A stretch of 49,142 bases of DNA, filler included, from Bipalium vagum (GCA_037834085.1; 2 parts of 2 records of this genome joined end to end with filler, not necessarily neighbours in it); one strand, 5' to 3'; counted from the first letter of the whole stretch, positions 13,236 through 25,680 are shown. Numbers and translations: made by a program. The notes: generated from the letters alone by a model not told the origin.

Positions 13236-14299
13236 AAATTTATCGGAGCTTTGAAATATATGTATCTTAAAATTAAAAAGATATTATTTTAAACTGAAAA
13301 TAAAATAATATATAAATAATAATATAAATTCATTTCTGCTAATAACTTTCATATATTTAGCTAGCTATTCATCCGGTTAAAATTCTGACACAAAAAGGTC
13401 TGCACAGAATCTCTGGAGCCATTTTGATGTTTAGCAAAAATCATTTAATGTTTCATATTTTCTTTTAACATTTTCATAAGCGTCATTGAATTTTTAGGTA
13501 AACATTTTAAAAATGATAAGCGGAGATTTCCAGAAAAAACTCGCACAAACGTGTATATTTTTTGTAATATCTAAATCATCTTTCTGATCACCTAAGGGAT
13601 CATATTGATTTAACATACACCAGATCAACCTCCCACCTCCTTCGACTGAAAAAGACATTTTAAAAACCGGCATCGAAATGTCAACAGAAATATTCAAACG
13701 TCCTCTGAAATCGCTGATCTCCGTTTGATTAATACTACCAAGTAATGTTTTTTCCTTTTAAAATTATTTTTCTGATAAAAATTTTTCATATTTTCCAACG
13801 TACGGACAATTAACAATCGAAGAAAAATGTTGTTTTCGGTCTACCAACAAACTTTTCCATATTTAATTTTCGATCAAAAGGGGTACAGGGATAAATGATC
13901 GCATATTTCGATCATAACATAAGCGATTTTGATAATTTTATAAATTTCATGAAATGCCAAATTTTCTAAATTGAATAATAAAACGTATAACTCAATTAAT
14001 ACTTGTAATTTTAAACCTCACTTATCTGAGAGCTACGATGTGGATTATAAAATGATCATATTATTATTTAAGTTTTCAATTTGTAAGGTAAGATTGGAAA
14101 ATTGCCAAATCTCAATCGCAACAATTTCAGTATATTCAAGCTGATATTATGCACCGGTGGTATCAAAATAGAGAAATACACTTTTTGTCTGTTAATTTTG
14201 TATGAAAATATATTTTATTTAAATCTACATATTTTAGAAACCACATAAAAGTAGGTTTTGTTTAAATGAATAAATGATGAAAAATATTTAAGACTTAGG

Positions 14300-15180
14300 T
14301 ATGAAACTAGATTTGAAGAATGATTTCATTCAATGTTATTATGGAATCGGAAATTTCCCTAAAGTTGCAACCTAGGAAACCAGACGCGAAAAAAATTAAT
14401 TAACGACCCAAGTATATTTTCTGCCTTATCTAAGCTTGTGAAGAATTTTGAGGAAACTGGAAGTGTTATCAATATGCCTAATGGGCGGCGTTCTTTGGCG
14501 AGTGAACCTAAACAGTCATTCAATGTTTAATTGGTGATATGAATAGTAGGACGTCCATTCGAAAATTATCATGGGAGACTAATATTTCACGTAACTAGAT
14601 TTGACAAGTTTTAAAAGAAGAGAAGTTAAAATCTTTTAAAATGCAGCTGCTTCATGAAGTGAAATCAGAAGACAATGATTAACAAGTTAAATTTGGTCTG
14701 TGGTTTTGCAGCATCAGAATATTCTGACTAGGAATTTGTTAAGTGATGAAGTGTACTTTCACCTGGATCGTGAAATTTACCGACATCATTGTCGAATTTG
14801 AGCTGATAGCAAATCCACTTATTTAATTACAAAGCCACTTCATTCCGAGAAAACTAATATATGTGTGGCTTCAATTTGAAATTCATTATGAAATCATTTT
14901 TTCTCTATGAAACTGTAAATAAAATTAATTTATATCTTGCAATTGGAGTTAGACCTGAACTTGCAAAAACTTACTTCATGAATGCCACTTATGTGCAAAA
15001 CGTTTTGGAAGATACATTTAGTATACTCAAGGTCATGTCCCTGGATCTCACATCAGTTAATTATTGGTTTTAAGGTATTCCATTGCCAAAAACCGAAAAA
15101 TCTACTTGAAACGGAAAAACGAATAAACTATAGTTGGAATAAACTAGGTTGGAAAGAAAGTTTTGGCCGTTTTTTATTTA
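14300..15180 (+). mobile_element. rosa/DD41D-like Tc1/mariner relic
   Basis: LVKNFEETGSV, TSIRKLS, FKMQLLHEVK, LSDEVYFHLD...HCRI* and KPLHSEK motifs, with many stops. Confidence 0.75.
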
Positions 15181-15644
15181 AATATTAAATCACATTAAAA
15201 ACACTTTATAAAATGATTTTATTTAAAAATAAATTACATTCATAACTGTACAATCATTCAGAGTAATAATCACCATTCGATTCAACAATATAACGTCATC
15301 TCTTAGGCAAAGAGTGAATATTTACAACCGATTGACTACCAAAGATCTGCAAACTGAAATATTGCCCTTGTCATGAAGAATTGAGTTAATTTTATCTGTT
15401 AAAGTAAATCAATTCCAGAACATTATATATATGAAAACTACTACTGTATTCCATTTCCTGTGTATATTATTGTCATTTTATTCCTCATTTACTATTTTCC
15501 TTGGATTTGGTATAACCGATAATTTGTTTTTTTTATAAATGGTTTATAAATAGACCATTTAAAAAGTTTTCATTTTAAGTAATATTTGATTAGTTTTTTA
15601 AAAATCAATTATTGTTTCACACTATAATATAAAAATACTAAATG

Positions 15645-16050
15645 CAGGGTGGCGCAAAAGTAACTTATTGATTTTAAACAATGATATAACACAAATGTTC
15701 AAGATAATTATGAACAATACATGAACAATAAGTCATAGAGATTTGTTAAGCTATTTTTTGATAATTATTTCTTTTAAATGACCACCATTTTGTGCCTCAA
15801 AAAGTTGTGCTCTTTTTACAGAGTTCTATATGGCATCAGCTAAAACTTTCTAATTTATGGCATTAATTTCATAATGAATATTGCTTTTCAATTTTTGGAT
15901 GAACCTTGGATTATTAAAATTAACTTTCTTCTTTAGATATCCCAAAAGAAATTAATCTGGTGAACAAGAAGGCCAGTTGAATGTCGAGTTTTTTGAAATT
16001 ATCCGTTTACCAAAAATCTCACGTGCTTTGAGTGCTAAATAAGACAGTTA
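15645..16050 (-). mobile_element. rosa/DD41D-like 3' fragment with TIR
   Basis: TIR-like CAGGGTGGCGCAAAAGT. The minus strand reads GYLKKKV..NNP...LKSNIHYEINAI...RAQLFEAQNGGHL. Confidence 0.7.
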
Positions 16051-16204
16051 TAGGAATATAATATATTAGAAAAATAAAATAATAATAGTAACATAATTCA
16101 TAACATTTTAATGAGATTTCGACGACAACCACGGAAATAAAAATATTAAAATAAATTGAAATAACCATTTATCGAAGAAAATTCATCTAACTCAATATAA
16201 TTTT

Positions 16205-16843
16205 TACATAAAAATGTGACTTGAGATGTGAAGTGAATTTATTAGGAGAATCCCAAACTCCATTAACTGATCCTGATCAAGATTCAAAACAGACTGCAAG
16301 GCAAATAGAAAGACAACAATGGTCTGTTTTTGGTTGGATCAGAAGGGTGTGGTACAGTCTTCTAAAATTGGGTGAGACTATAAATTCTGATCGCTATCAA
16401 AAACAAATAATTGAGCTTCACTAATGTTTGATTACCAAACGTCCAGAATGGGTCAACATGGATTTTTGCTCCATAACAACGCATCGTCATATACTTTAAA
16501 AGCAGTCAAAGCAATATTTAAAAAATCAACCTGGGAAGTACTCACTAACCCACAACATTCACCAGATTTTGCGCCTTCAGATTTCAATCTGTTCCGGTCG
16601 ATGAGCCATGTACTTGTTAAGGAGCGCTTCAAGACTTAAGAAGATGTCCAAGAATGAATCTCTGATTGCTTCCCCTTTGAAACAAGTAAAGTTTTTAGGA
16701 CAGGATACACAAGCTATATAAAAGATGAAAGAAATGTGTACTTAATAATGGAAATTTTTCTGAATAAAATATTTAAATGTATCTTTTTAATTTTTGTATT
16801 TTGTTTGTCTCAAAAAATCAAAATTATTCACCAGTACACCTAA
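16205..16843 (+). mobile_element. mariner (mauritiana-like) 3' two-thirds, decayed
   Basis: LLKLGETINSDRYQKQ, LLHNNASSY and WEVLTNPQHSPDFAPSDFNLFRSM. The right TIR is Mos1-like (...GTACACCTAA|TA). Confidence 0.85.
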
Positions 16844-17499
16844 TATAAGTGAAAATGTAAAAAATATAAACAAAGTACTGAATAATTTAGCCTGGTATCT
16901 GTAAACTTTACTTTGCTTTACCAGCAACAGCTTTGGAACCTGACCGACTATGGGCGACAATTCATACTAGAATGAAACCGATTTTGGTATTTCTTTAAAA
17001 AATGCTTGGTAAACGACATCGGAAATAATAAAGATTTTATTTCCATTCAGATGGATCATATACCGATAATAAAATGCCAAAAATTGTAATCCAGATAATT
17101 TTATCTGACATAAAACTTTCAACTTTAGAAATAGGGATAAATAAGTTTTAATTTTTATACAGAAGACAATTTCATTGTTCATTTACTTTTAGGCTCACTT
17201 AGTTACAATTGTAACCTAATATCTATTCTTAATTTATTCGTTCCCCTTATAACGGATAACGATGGCAGCCCATATAAACTCTTAAATTTTGTAACATTGA
17301 GGTCGACTAAACGAGACTCTTTTAAGTCTTATTATTCTACTCTAAACAGAAGGGAGTATTTCCCAATCCTGAGGTATTCACACTGAAGTGGTCTTGGGCG
17401 TTATTTGTATTATTTCAAAATATTCTCAATTTTCCAACAAGATTTGTCATTCAATCTTTTCTTATCTTGAAAACGGATTTCGTTCTTCATAAGCTATTG

Positions 17500-18350
17500 A
17501 GGGCTCCACAAAAAACCACCACATTTAAAATCAGGAAAAAACGATTTTAAATTGACTGCTTAAATTTTTTAAAGTTATTGTTTAATTGTTATTCAACGGT
17601 ACATCTTACAAATGTTCAACTTAAAGTTATTATCATATTAAAGAATGAGCATCCAACTTGGGGAATGAGCAAATGCCGTAAATTTTACGAGAAATCCTTA
17701 GTGCAACAACCAAGATTTAAGTTTAAGTTCGTTTTTTACATTCTTTGAGAGGAATGAAGTGAATTTGATACAAGCATGCACATTGATTATGGTATCGGAC
17801 AAACTATGTTAGACCTTGTGTATCATCAAAGGCGTCAAAAGATTAATCACTAAAACATTACAATCAAAGAGAGAGCGTGAAAACTGCTTAATTTATCAAA
17901 AGGTACATTATTTCTCAAAACATTGAAAATTAAAGTTTTTTGACCAAATTCAATACAAGAAAAAGAAAGAACAGTTAGTCTACCAAAGATGAAATGTGTC
18001 AACAAATGTGTAAATACACCAATGAGATAATGGATGGAAGAATGGACATAGTAGAACAATGGGCATCTGAAACTCCTGACTTAAGTGTAATGCATTTTTC
18101 CATTTGTGGTATTTTTCTACGATAATTTCAGTTACAATGATATAAACTCATTACAACAGTATTGACAAAAGCTTGGAATAGTATCTCAACTGAAACTAGT
18201 GAAAAATCAAGTGGGTTAGATTTTTAGTTAAAACGTCCATGTTCATGTTCGTTGGCTCATGGCAATCACTTTACACATCACATACACATTGTAGATATTG
18301 TAAATAAAATCAGCTAGTTTTAACTTTCAGACTACTTACTTTTGTGGTTT
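17500..18350 (+). mobile_element. maT/DD37D-like relic
   Basis: QWASETPDLSVMHFSICGI, LTKAWNSIS and AHGNHF remnants. Confidence 0.55.
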
Positions 18351-19169
18351 TCGTATACCCCTTCAGTTCATATAAGGTTTACGAATAAGTTCTGTTTTTA
18401 CTCTTATATTGTACATATATCAGCATTGTATTACTCAAATTTTGGTTGGGGAATGTACGACTTTCCCCATTTCCTTATTTATTATTTGTTTGAATGAAAT
18501 TCGTATCTGACAGGCTCCTCAGCTCATGAAAACTGAACAGACAAATCCTAATGTTTGAATAAAAATATTTTAATTTATGATTTGAATATTTATTTTATAT
18601 CATTTGAATTGATAGGCAAAACTACGAACAAGAACTAAATCCATGGCTACTAGCTAGAATCGATTGCTTCCACTAATAATAACTTGGCTCATTGTAGTGT
18701 ATCGGTTGACTTTTCAGACCTTCGCAACAGAAGTTATCACTTACCGAAAGATATCTGATATGTTTAGTCAAAGAAGCGTAAAGGAATTACTAAATAGAAA
18801 GCTGTGCTAAACTAAATATGATATCTCTATAGTTTTGTAGGAATTTTTGATAACAAAAGAAATTAAATTAAAAGAATTGATGGATACAATGTGATAAGGG
18901 TGAGATTATGTCGGTGAACAGATGAGATAAGGTGTCGAAAAGTTACTTATTAACATTCTTAAGATGATCCTACTTGTTGGGAAATCTATTTGTTTTAGGA
19001 ATCAAAGGAAAATCAGAAAAAAATTGAGAAAGTATCCCTTAAAGCAAAAATTGAAACATTTTGGAAGAAAAAAAGTTTTGTTGAAGTATAAAAATGTCAT
19101 TGAAAAGACACTATGGAAATGCAACAGTTAAGAAGAATTAAAAATAAAAATAAATTGCTAAAAGTTTAC

Positions 19170-19600
19170 CTGTAACAAAAAACGAAATTTGGTAAACCAT
19201 AAACGACCTTCTAGTTATGGGTTTATTCTGGAAACTTTCTGTAGATGGACTCCACCGAAAAATATGATTACAGTATGATGATTTCAAGGGGGTGTATGTT
19301 TTATGCATTAAACTATACATAAAAATCCAACAGTAAAGTATTCGTAATTACCAAACAGAAAGACTAATTTTGATTAATGACAATACCAGACTATATGTCA
19401 AACATCAGACATTGGGAAATGAATGTTACCTCTTTCATTTGACTTTCCAAATCTGTGCTGTTGATTATCGGTCTTTCTAAAATTTGTATCATTCCTTGCC
19501 GAGAGAACACTTTAGGAATGCTATCTATGCAGACCGGGTCTCCTGCTTTTATGATGGTATTTCCAGGTTTGTTTGACGTTAAAAAATTCTTACATTTTGA
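19170..19600 (+). mobile_element. mariner relic, heavily decayed
   Basis: LINDNTR, WE..LP and DYRSF..L...L..EHF remnants. Confidence 0.5.
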
Positions 19601-20021
19601 CGTATTTATTTTGGTTAGATAATTTTGTTAGCTTGAAATTATCAATGAGAAGTGTTCATTATTAAATAATATTTTATAATAATTAAATATATTTCTATTA
19701 AATAGCGAACTACTCAAAAAGTTCAGTAATAAAAAGACTTGGGAATTCCAACCTTTAAATGTTTAGTTTAATTGATTGGTTTAATATTATCCGGACTATT
19801 GATGAAAATCGTTTTTGTATTGTTAATATTTATATATTGACCAAACCCACTTCAAAATTCATAATGGTTTTGTTCGCTAATGCCCAAAACCCTTTATTAA
19901 AAAACACGTAAGTCTAAAAATTCTATTTGATCAAATCACAGAGATTTTAAAACAACAATTAGTCAATAGTTACACCTGGTATTCCACAATCGTTTGACAC
20001 TGAGTATAAAAGAAAACAGTA

Positions 20022-20978
20022 CACCCTCCATTCCAAAAATAACCGAACTTTAAAAAAAGGCAACCGATATTTATTTTGAAAAATATAATTTTTATTAATC
20101 AATGTAATCACCTTCTGCATCGATACACAAATTTGCACGCACTAACAAGTTGTCAAAAGACTTCTCTATGTCCTTTTTGGTAATGGTCTTTAGGACATCG
20201 GTCATCGTACTTTTGATGGCCTCAACCGATTCGTGAAGCTTTCCTTTAATCGTCGAATGAAGCTTGGGGAACAGATAGTAGTCGCACGGAGCGAGATCAG
20301 GTGAATAGGGTGAATGTTGCAAACCAATAATCTGATTTTTGACCAAAAATTCAGTCAAAACTCTTGAACGATGTGATGGTGCATTATCGTGCAAAAGAGT
20401 CCAACTACCGTTTTCTCGATATTCTAGCCGAACGACGAATTTATTGCCAGCAATCGCTTCATGAAATCTAAGTAAAAGTCTTCTGTGATTGTTTGGCCTG
20501 GTGGAACAAACACTTTGTGGGTAATTCCTTTGGAATCGTAAAAGCAAATCAGCACAACCTTCACTTTTGATTTTTCCAAATGAGATTTTTTCGGTTTTCC
20601 CTCACCCGGCGATCTCCATTCAGCATTCTGCCGCTTTGTTTCGGGTTCACACCTAAAACACCACGTCTCGTCACCGGTAACAATTGTTTTCAAGAAGTTT
20701 GGGTCCTTCCGAGCACTTTTAATGATGTCTTTGCTATGATCAATTCGAGCCATTTTTTGGTGTTCGGTGAGTTTGTGTGAAACAAACCACGAATTAACCT
20801 TACGAAAACAAAATACCTCGGTCAAAATGCGGTATACAGTTGTTTGAGGAATGCCTAATTCCATTTCAATCAGTTTCTCCGATGATTTTTTTTTTGATAA
20901 ATTCACGCATTTTTTCAATGTTCTCTTCCGATAATCCAGTTTTTGGACGGCCTGGTCTTTCGTCGTCATTCATGGTCT
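20022..20978 (-). mobile_element. mariner DD34D element (irritans/vertumnana-like), young, 5' end lost in gap
   Basis: ORFs 20424-20969 and 20095-20547 give IVTGDETW, LLHDNAPSH and SPYSPDLAPCDYYLFPKL, with exactly 34 residues between the 2nd and 3rd catalytic Asp. There are two frameshifts. The terminal repeat begins TA|CACCCTCCATTCCAAAAATAACCGAAC. Confidence 0.93.
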
Positions 20979-21078
20979 NNNNNNNNNNNNNNNNNNNNNN
21001 NNNNNNNNNNNNNNNNNNNNNNTTAATTAATTAANNNNNNNNNNNNNNNNNNNNNNNNNNNNNNNNNNNNNNNNNNNN
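20979..21078. other. Artificial 100 bp scaffold spacer (N44-TTAATTAATTAA-N44)
   Basis: Exactly 44 N + 12 nt + 44 N. The 12-mer contains stop codons in all six frames. Confidence 0.95.
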
Positions 21079-21949
21079 TTTTATTATTGGTTGATTATCT
21101 CTCATAATATAGGAATGCATGGTAGCGGTCAGAAGCAGTGTAACTTTACTGTGTCCTAAAAGACCAACATATTTTGACAAGGCAGATATACTCAAGAACT
21201 GTCACATCCTGTCGACTTTGCATTCTACCAATGACTTTAGGCTGCATCGCCCATATATAACAGACTACTGGAAATTTTTAGAAATTTGATCTTGAGCAAA
21301 TTTGCTTTAAACTTGCATTAGTCTAGCTGATTAAAATTTAAATGTTTGCTAAGGAGAAGCAGTGAAAACTGATCATTTTATTCCTTTAAAACGACAATTT
21401 CCCTTCACTTGTTGAAAATATTGGGAAATGGATAAAGCCTGCTTCTAATACCAAGTCAAGACAAACAACTGTCCAATAAACTAATAAACATTTTTGTTTG
21501 TTCACTCTTATAAAATCAGGGAAAAGAGAAAATTTAACAAATTATCATTAAATAACAATTTTTTTTAATTAGTTAATCAACCGCTTAAACTATTCTATCA
21601 CTCCACCTGGAACTGTATAAGTACATATATATAAAAATTAAGAAGTCTTATTCAATCGGTTTAATTTTGAAGAAAAATAAATACTTCTAACGTTTTCGCT
21701 ATACAAATGCAGTGATGAAGTAATTGGTTAAATCCTATATTTGTTATTATTTTTATTTTTCCTGGCTAACTTGTTAAAAAAATTGTTGAAAAGTATTTCA
21801 AAAAATATATGAAGATGGAAAATAAAGACAAAAGGATCAAAAGCATGTTTATTATTATTGTAAGTGATGGAGTTATGAAGTGTAAGATTTAAAAAACAAC
21901 AAATATATATTTATTCGTGTTTTACGAATAACTGTATTACAGTATTACA

Positions 21950-22141
21950 CAGGGTGTTTCATAAATATGTATAAGCGTTTAAACAAATAAATTTCAATCA
22001 ATTTGTCAATTTATTATTGTAGATAAATCATTGTAAAAATATAAATATTTTGTAGATGTCTGGAAAAAGAAAATAAATTCGATTGAAAATAAGGTGTTTA
22101 TTTTTTCTTTAAACGTGTATACATATTTATGAAACACAATG
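21950..22141. mobile_element. 192 bp Tc1/mariner-type MITE within the six1/2 intron
   Basis: 34 bp TIRs (CAGGGTGTTTCATAAATATGTATAAGCGTTTAAA, 30/34 match). TA follows the right end; the left flank reads CA. Confidence 0.85.
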
Positions 22142-22880
22142 TACTTTAAAAGTTCATCATTAAATGGACTTTTAACATATATTTCAAAATAAGAGTTTTA
22201 CTTTTTTATCGATTAATAATAAAATTATACTATAAAAGTTAAAGTAAAATTTACTATTTTTCTAAATCATTAAGTTTGTATATATATTTTTATATCTTCT
22301 GTATTTTTTATGAAAGTTTCTCTTTATTAGATAAAATTTTTGCTTAATTTGAAATCTATAAATTTGAGCAGAAAAGAGCAAAATGACAGAAAAATATGGT
22401 GAAGTATTCAATTTTTTTTGTTTTAATGGTTTATAATCATTACTAATAAGATTTTTATATTAATTAATTTTTTTTACTTTAAAATTTTGTTAATAAAGAT
22501 ATATTAAAATATCACGACATATAATTATCAGGAAAATATCAAATTTATTATTATTTGTTATATATTTTTTATAATTATTTTTATTAATCATTCAATTGAT
22601 GATTTGAAAAAATTTGATAAAATACTTAAAGTAAGAAACCAATGTAAAAAGAGTACTAGGAAAAAATTATATTAAATAAAAAAAATCTTTTTTAAAAAAG
22701 ATATAATTTGAAAGAAAATGTAATTAATTTAAGGAGAAAAATACAAAAATTATGAACTTTAATTAAACAAATAAAAGTATTTCACCTTAATTATATTAAA
22801 TAAATTAATTTTTTTGGACTTAATTGAGAATTTGTTATTTAAAATTGATTTTATCAAAATAAAAATCAAAAATATTTTAC

Positions 22881-23671
22881 TTGTCTTTGTTTTCTGCTGC
22901 ACGATCCCTTTGACGTCTATTTTTGAACCAGTTTGATACCTGTGTGGTTGTCAAGCTTGTTATCTCAGCCAGATCCTTCTTTTCTCTGGGTGAAGGATAT
23001 GGATTATGTAAATACCATTGTCGAAGGACTGCTCTGGACTTTTCCTTAAAACAATAACTGGTCTCTTCACCATCCCATATCGTTCTAGGCAATGGATATT
23101 TTCGACGAATTCGATATTTTGCTACTGCTCCTAAAGGTCGTCCTTTGATTTTCTCTTCTTCTATATAATGACCTTGTAACCAAAGTGCTTGTAGCTTATA
23201 ATGATTATGTGGTGAAAATGTATATGATTCTAATATTCGATAGAGTTCTTTAAAATTTTGTCGATGAAATGCCACTGCTGCTTTTGCAGTAAGGACGCTT
23301 TCATTAGTTTGAAGTTGTTGACAAGGTGGAAGAGACCAGATAAACAATGCTAATCGATCTATATTTCCCCCGTTTTCTAAGACTTCACAAACACATGCAA
23401 CTTGTTCTTGTGTAAATCCCATTGGCACTGAATCGGGTGATGTTATCGGTTCTTGTGGAGTTGTATATTCGATTGCAGATATTGATACACATGTTGGATC
23501 ATAATGCGTTACTCTAAACTGTTGAAATGGTTGATAACTGATATTGACATCAGGGTGGGATGAAGACAGTCCGGCTGGACCATCAAGTGATTTATAATCA
23601 CCTGAATTTGATAGTTGATCACATATATTTTGCTGAATATCTGTTGGCTGGCTGGTGGATATTGATCTCAT
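22881..23671 (-). CDS. six1/2: Six1/2 (sine oculis) homeobox transcription factor, coding exon 1 (SIX domain + homeodomain); 3' exon(s) not located
   Basis: The ORF contains the SIX domain ([13 protein letters not shown]...[17 protein letters not shown]), the Six1/2-diagnostic ETSY tetrapeptide and a K50 homeodomain ([11 protein letters not shown]). ATG at 23671 has an in-frame TAA 13 codons upstream; the ORF track started at a TTG. The frame ends GAC AA|gtaaaat, a phase-2 donor just after the homeodomain as in other Six1/2 genes, so the listed stop is intronic. Confidence 0.96.
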
Positions 23672-23699
23672 AATCAAACAAGTAATTTGAGATGTTGGT

Positions 23700-24000
23700 A
23701 CAGCAACTTAATATTCTACTATAGAATTTATCAATGGAATTCCATTTAAGCAAATAGAAAGCATTTTACATTCAAGATTCAATGCCATTGAAGTGCGCAA
23801 CTTTGCTATAGCCAATAATAAACATTTAACCATTCTATTGTATGCATGTGTTAGTGTGTTCTGTGTTGTTAATGACGACGACAAACAATTCTATTGGTCA
23901 ATTCAAAAAAGTTGCTTACAGCCAACCACAACAATAAGAACTTACAAATGCATTATATTCAACAAAGATCCCTACTTATTTTATAATTTTATAAATTAAT
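23700..24000 (-). promoter_or_regulatory. Probable six1/2 5' UTR and proximal promoter
   Basis: Non-repetitive, less AT-rich block directly upstream of the ATG. It has CCAAT boxes (23812-23816 plus strand, 23893-23897 minus strand), several Sox/TCF-like AACAAT/AACAAAG motifs and a TATAAAA-like run on the minus strand near 23979-23995. Confidence 0.4.
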
Positions 24001-24689
24001 TTATAATGTGTAATATTGAATGAAAATAGATGATTTTTTTACTAATGTATTTACCGTGATTTAGTTTAAAAAGCTTTCGACTAATTTTTTATACAAAACT
24101 GAGAAATTAATTGTTTTACCAAATAATGTGGAAATTTTTTATTAAGCAATGAAATGAAAAAGTTTGCTAATACAAGACTGCCTGGCTACTTCACAGAACT
24201 GGACAGCCAAAATTAAATTTCTTAAGTTATAAGGAATTATTAAAGAAAAAGAGAACTGTACCCTGTTTTATTCTTATAAGCTGATAACGTAGTAAAATAA
24301 AAAAGTTAATTTCCCGAAAAAATCTTGTTAAGGAATGATAGGTTATTAAAAATCACAAAAGTTTTCAACCTGGTTAAGCCCCTATTAAACATTGGTAGCT
24401 TATAACGATAAAACATTATTAAGATAACAGTAATTATTACATAATTATTACATACTATACCAGATTTTAGGAAATAAAAAAAATACATTGAAATTTAAGT
24501 TAGATGCAGTTTCATAGTTCTTTCTTTAGCTTATAAAACAGTAGTATCTTATAACGATAAAACAGGGTATGAATTGATAAATACAGAATGAAAAAAGAAC
24601 AATTCTTGAAATTTTGAATGAAAGCAATAATAGCAAGTTTTTCTTTTATCATATAGGCATTAGATATTAAAATTGTGGATTTATGATCA

Positions 24690-25680
24690 ACTAAAAATAT
24701 AATGGGTTCATTCATGTCAAGTGAAAAGTGTTATTGTACATTTGATAATCACCAGGAGTTCCGGAAATGTCCATGGTGCAGTAGAACCAGTTCTGACAAT
24801 CTTTGTTAAAGTAGTGAATCAACAAATCCACATATTGTTCAGAATTTATTGTTTCACTTTTGTCATTATGCTTAAAGAAATATAAGCCAATTAGAAAGGA
24901 AGATGTTGATCTTTGGTGAGAATGTAGAGTATTCAACCAAAAAATTGGACTTTTGCATTCCCCAACACCCAAAATGTTGTCTGTTCTCCTATTCATTGAG
25001 ATGAAAATTCATCACTCCACATAATTCTGGATAAGAAGGTTTGACATCATTCGTTTGCAAAAGGCATTGTCTGAGAGAGACTGCCAAATTGTGACTTAAA
25101 GGAAACAATTTCTATTTGCATCTGAAATACGTGTGAAGAGTGCCAATTGATGAACCTGGAGTAGAAGAGAGATGTTCCTTTTGCTATCATCTGGTGTAAA
25201 GCAATATCAATATCCTTTTGCTTTCATCTGGTGTAAAGCAGTATCAATATCCTTTCGCTTCTCTTCTGAAGGTCTAAACGATTGCACATTATGATCTTTA
25301 TTATTATAACCTAGTTTGCTGGAGTTTCAGAATATATTTTTCTGATTTACTGCACTGAAGATATGTCACTCTTTCGTTTTATCTTTTATTCCGTGGAAAA
25401 ATTTCTTTAAGTTTCAGTGAAACTCAATTTTAAAAAATAACTCCATAAGTTGAATTCTGTCGGCATTTGCAATGTAAGACATTGCTTAAAATAAAAAATA
25501 ATTTAAAATAAGTACACTTATTATTATTATTTATGCATTTAAACAAAAAACTATATATAAACCAGGATTAAAAAAATCCACACTCCGGTGATTTGATTAA
25601 ATATAATGCTTTTTAATAATACTATACAACATAAAAATTACGCTTTTATTTATAAAAGCTTTTAACTGGAACACCGGATA
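24690..25680 (-). mobile_element. rosa/DD41D-like relic about 1 kb upstream of six1/2
   Basis: Start MSYIANADRIQLMELFF; WSDE, LHSHQ and IGLYFFKHNDKSETINSEQYVDLL motifs; TIR-like TA|TCCGGTGTTCCAGTTAAAAAGC. Confidence 0.7.
25177..25260. repeat. 37 bp tandem repeat, about 2.3 copies
   Basis: CCTTTTGCTWTCATCTGGTGTAAAGCARTATCAATAT x2 plus a partial copy. Confidence 0.9.

Noticed and set aside
22877-22879. Stop codon ending a single-exon Six protein
   Set aside because: The TAA is part of the gtaaaat splice donor at the conserved post-homeodomain intron position.
25177-25260. CRISPR-like 37 bp repeats
   Set aside because: Head-to-tail tandem duplication with no spacers, inside a transposon relic in a eukaryotic genome.
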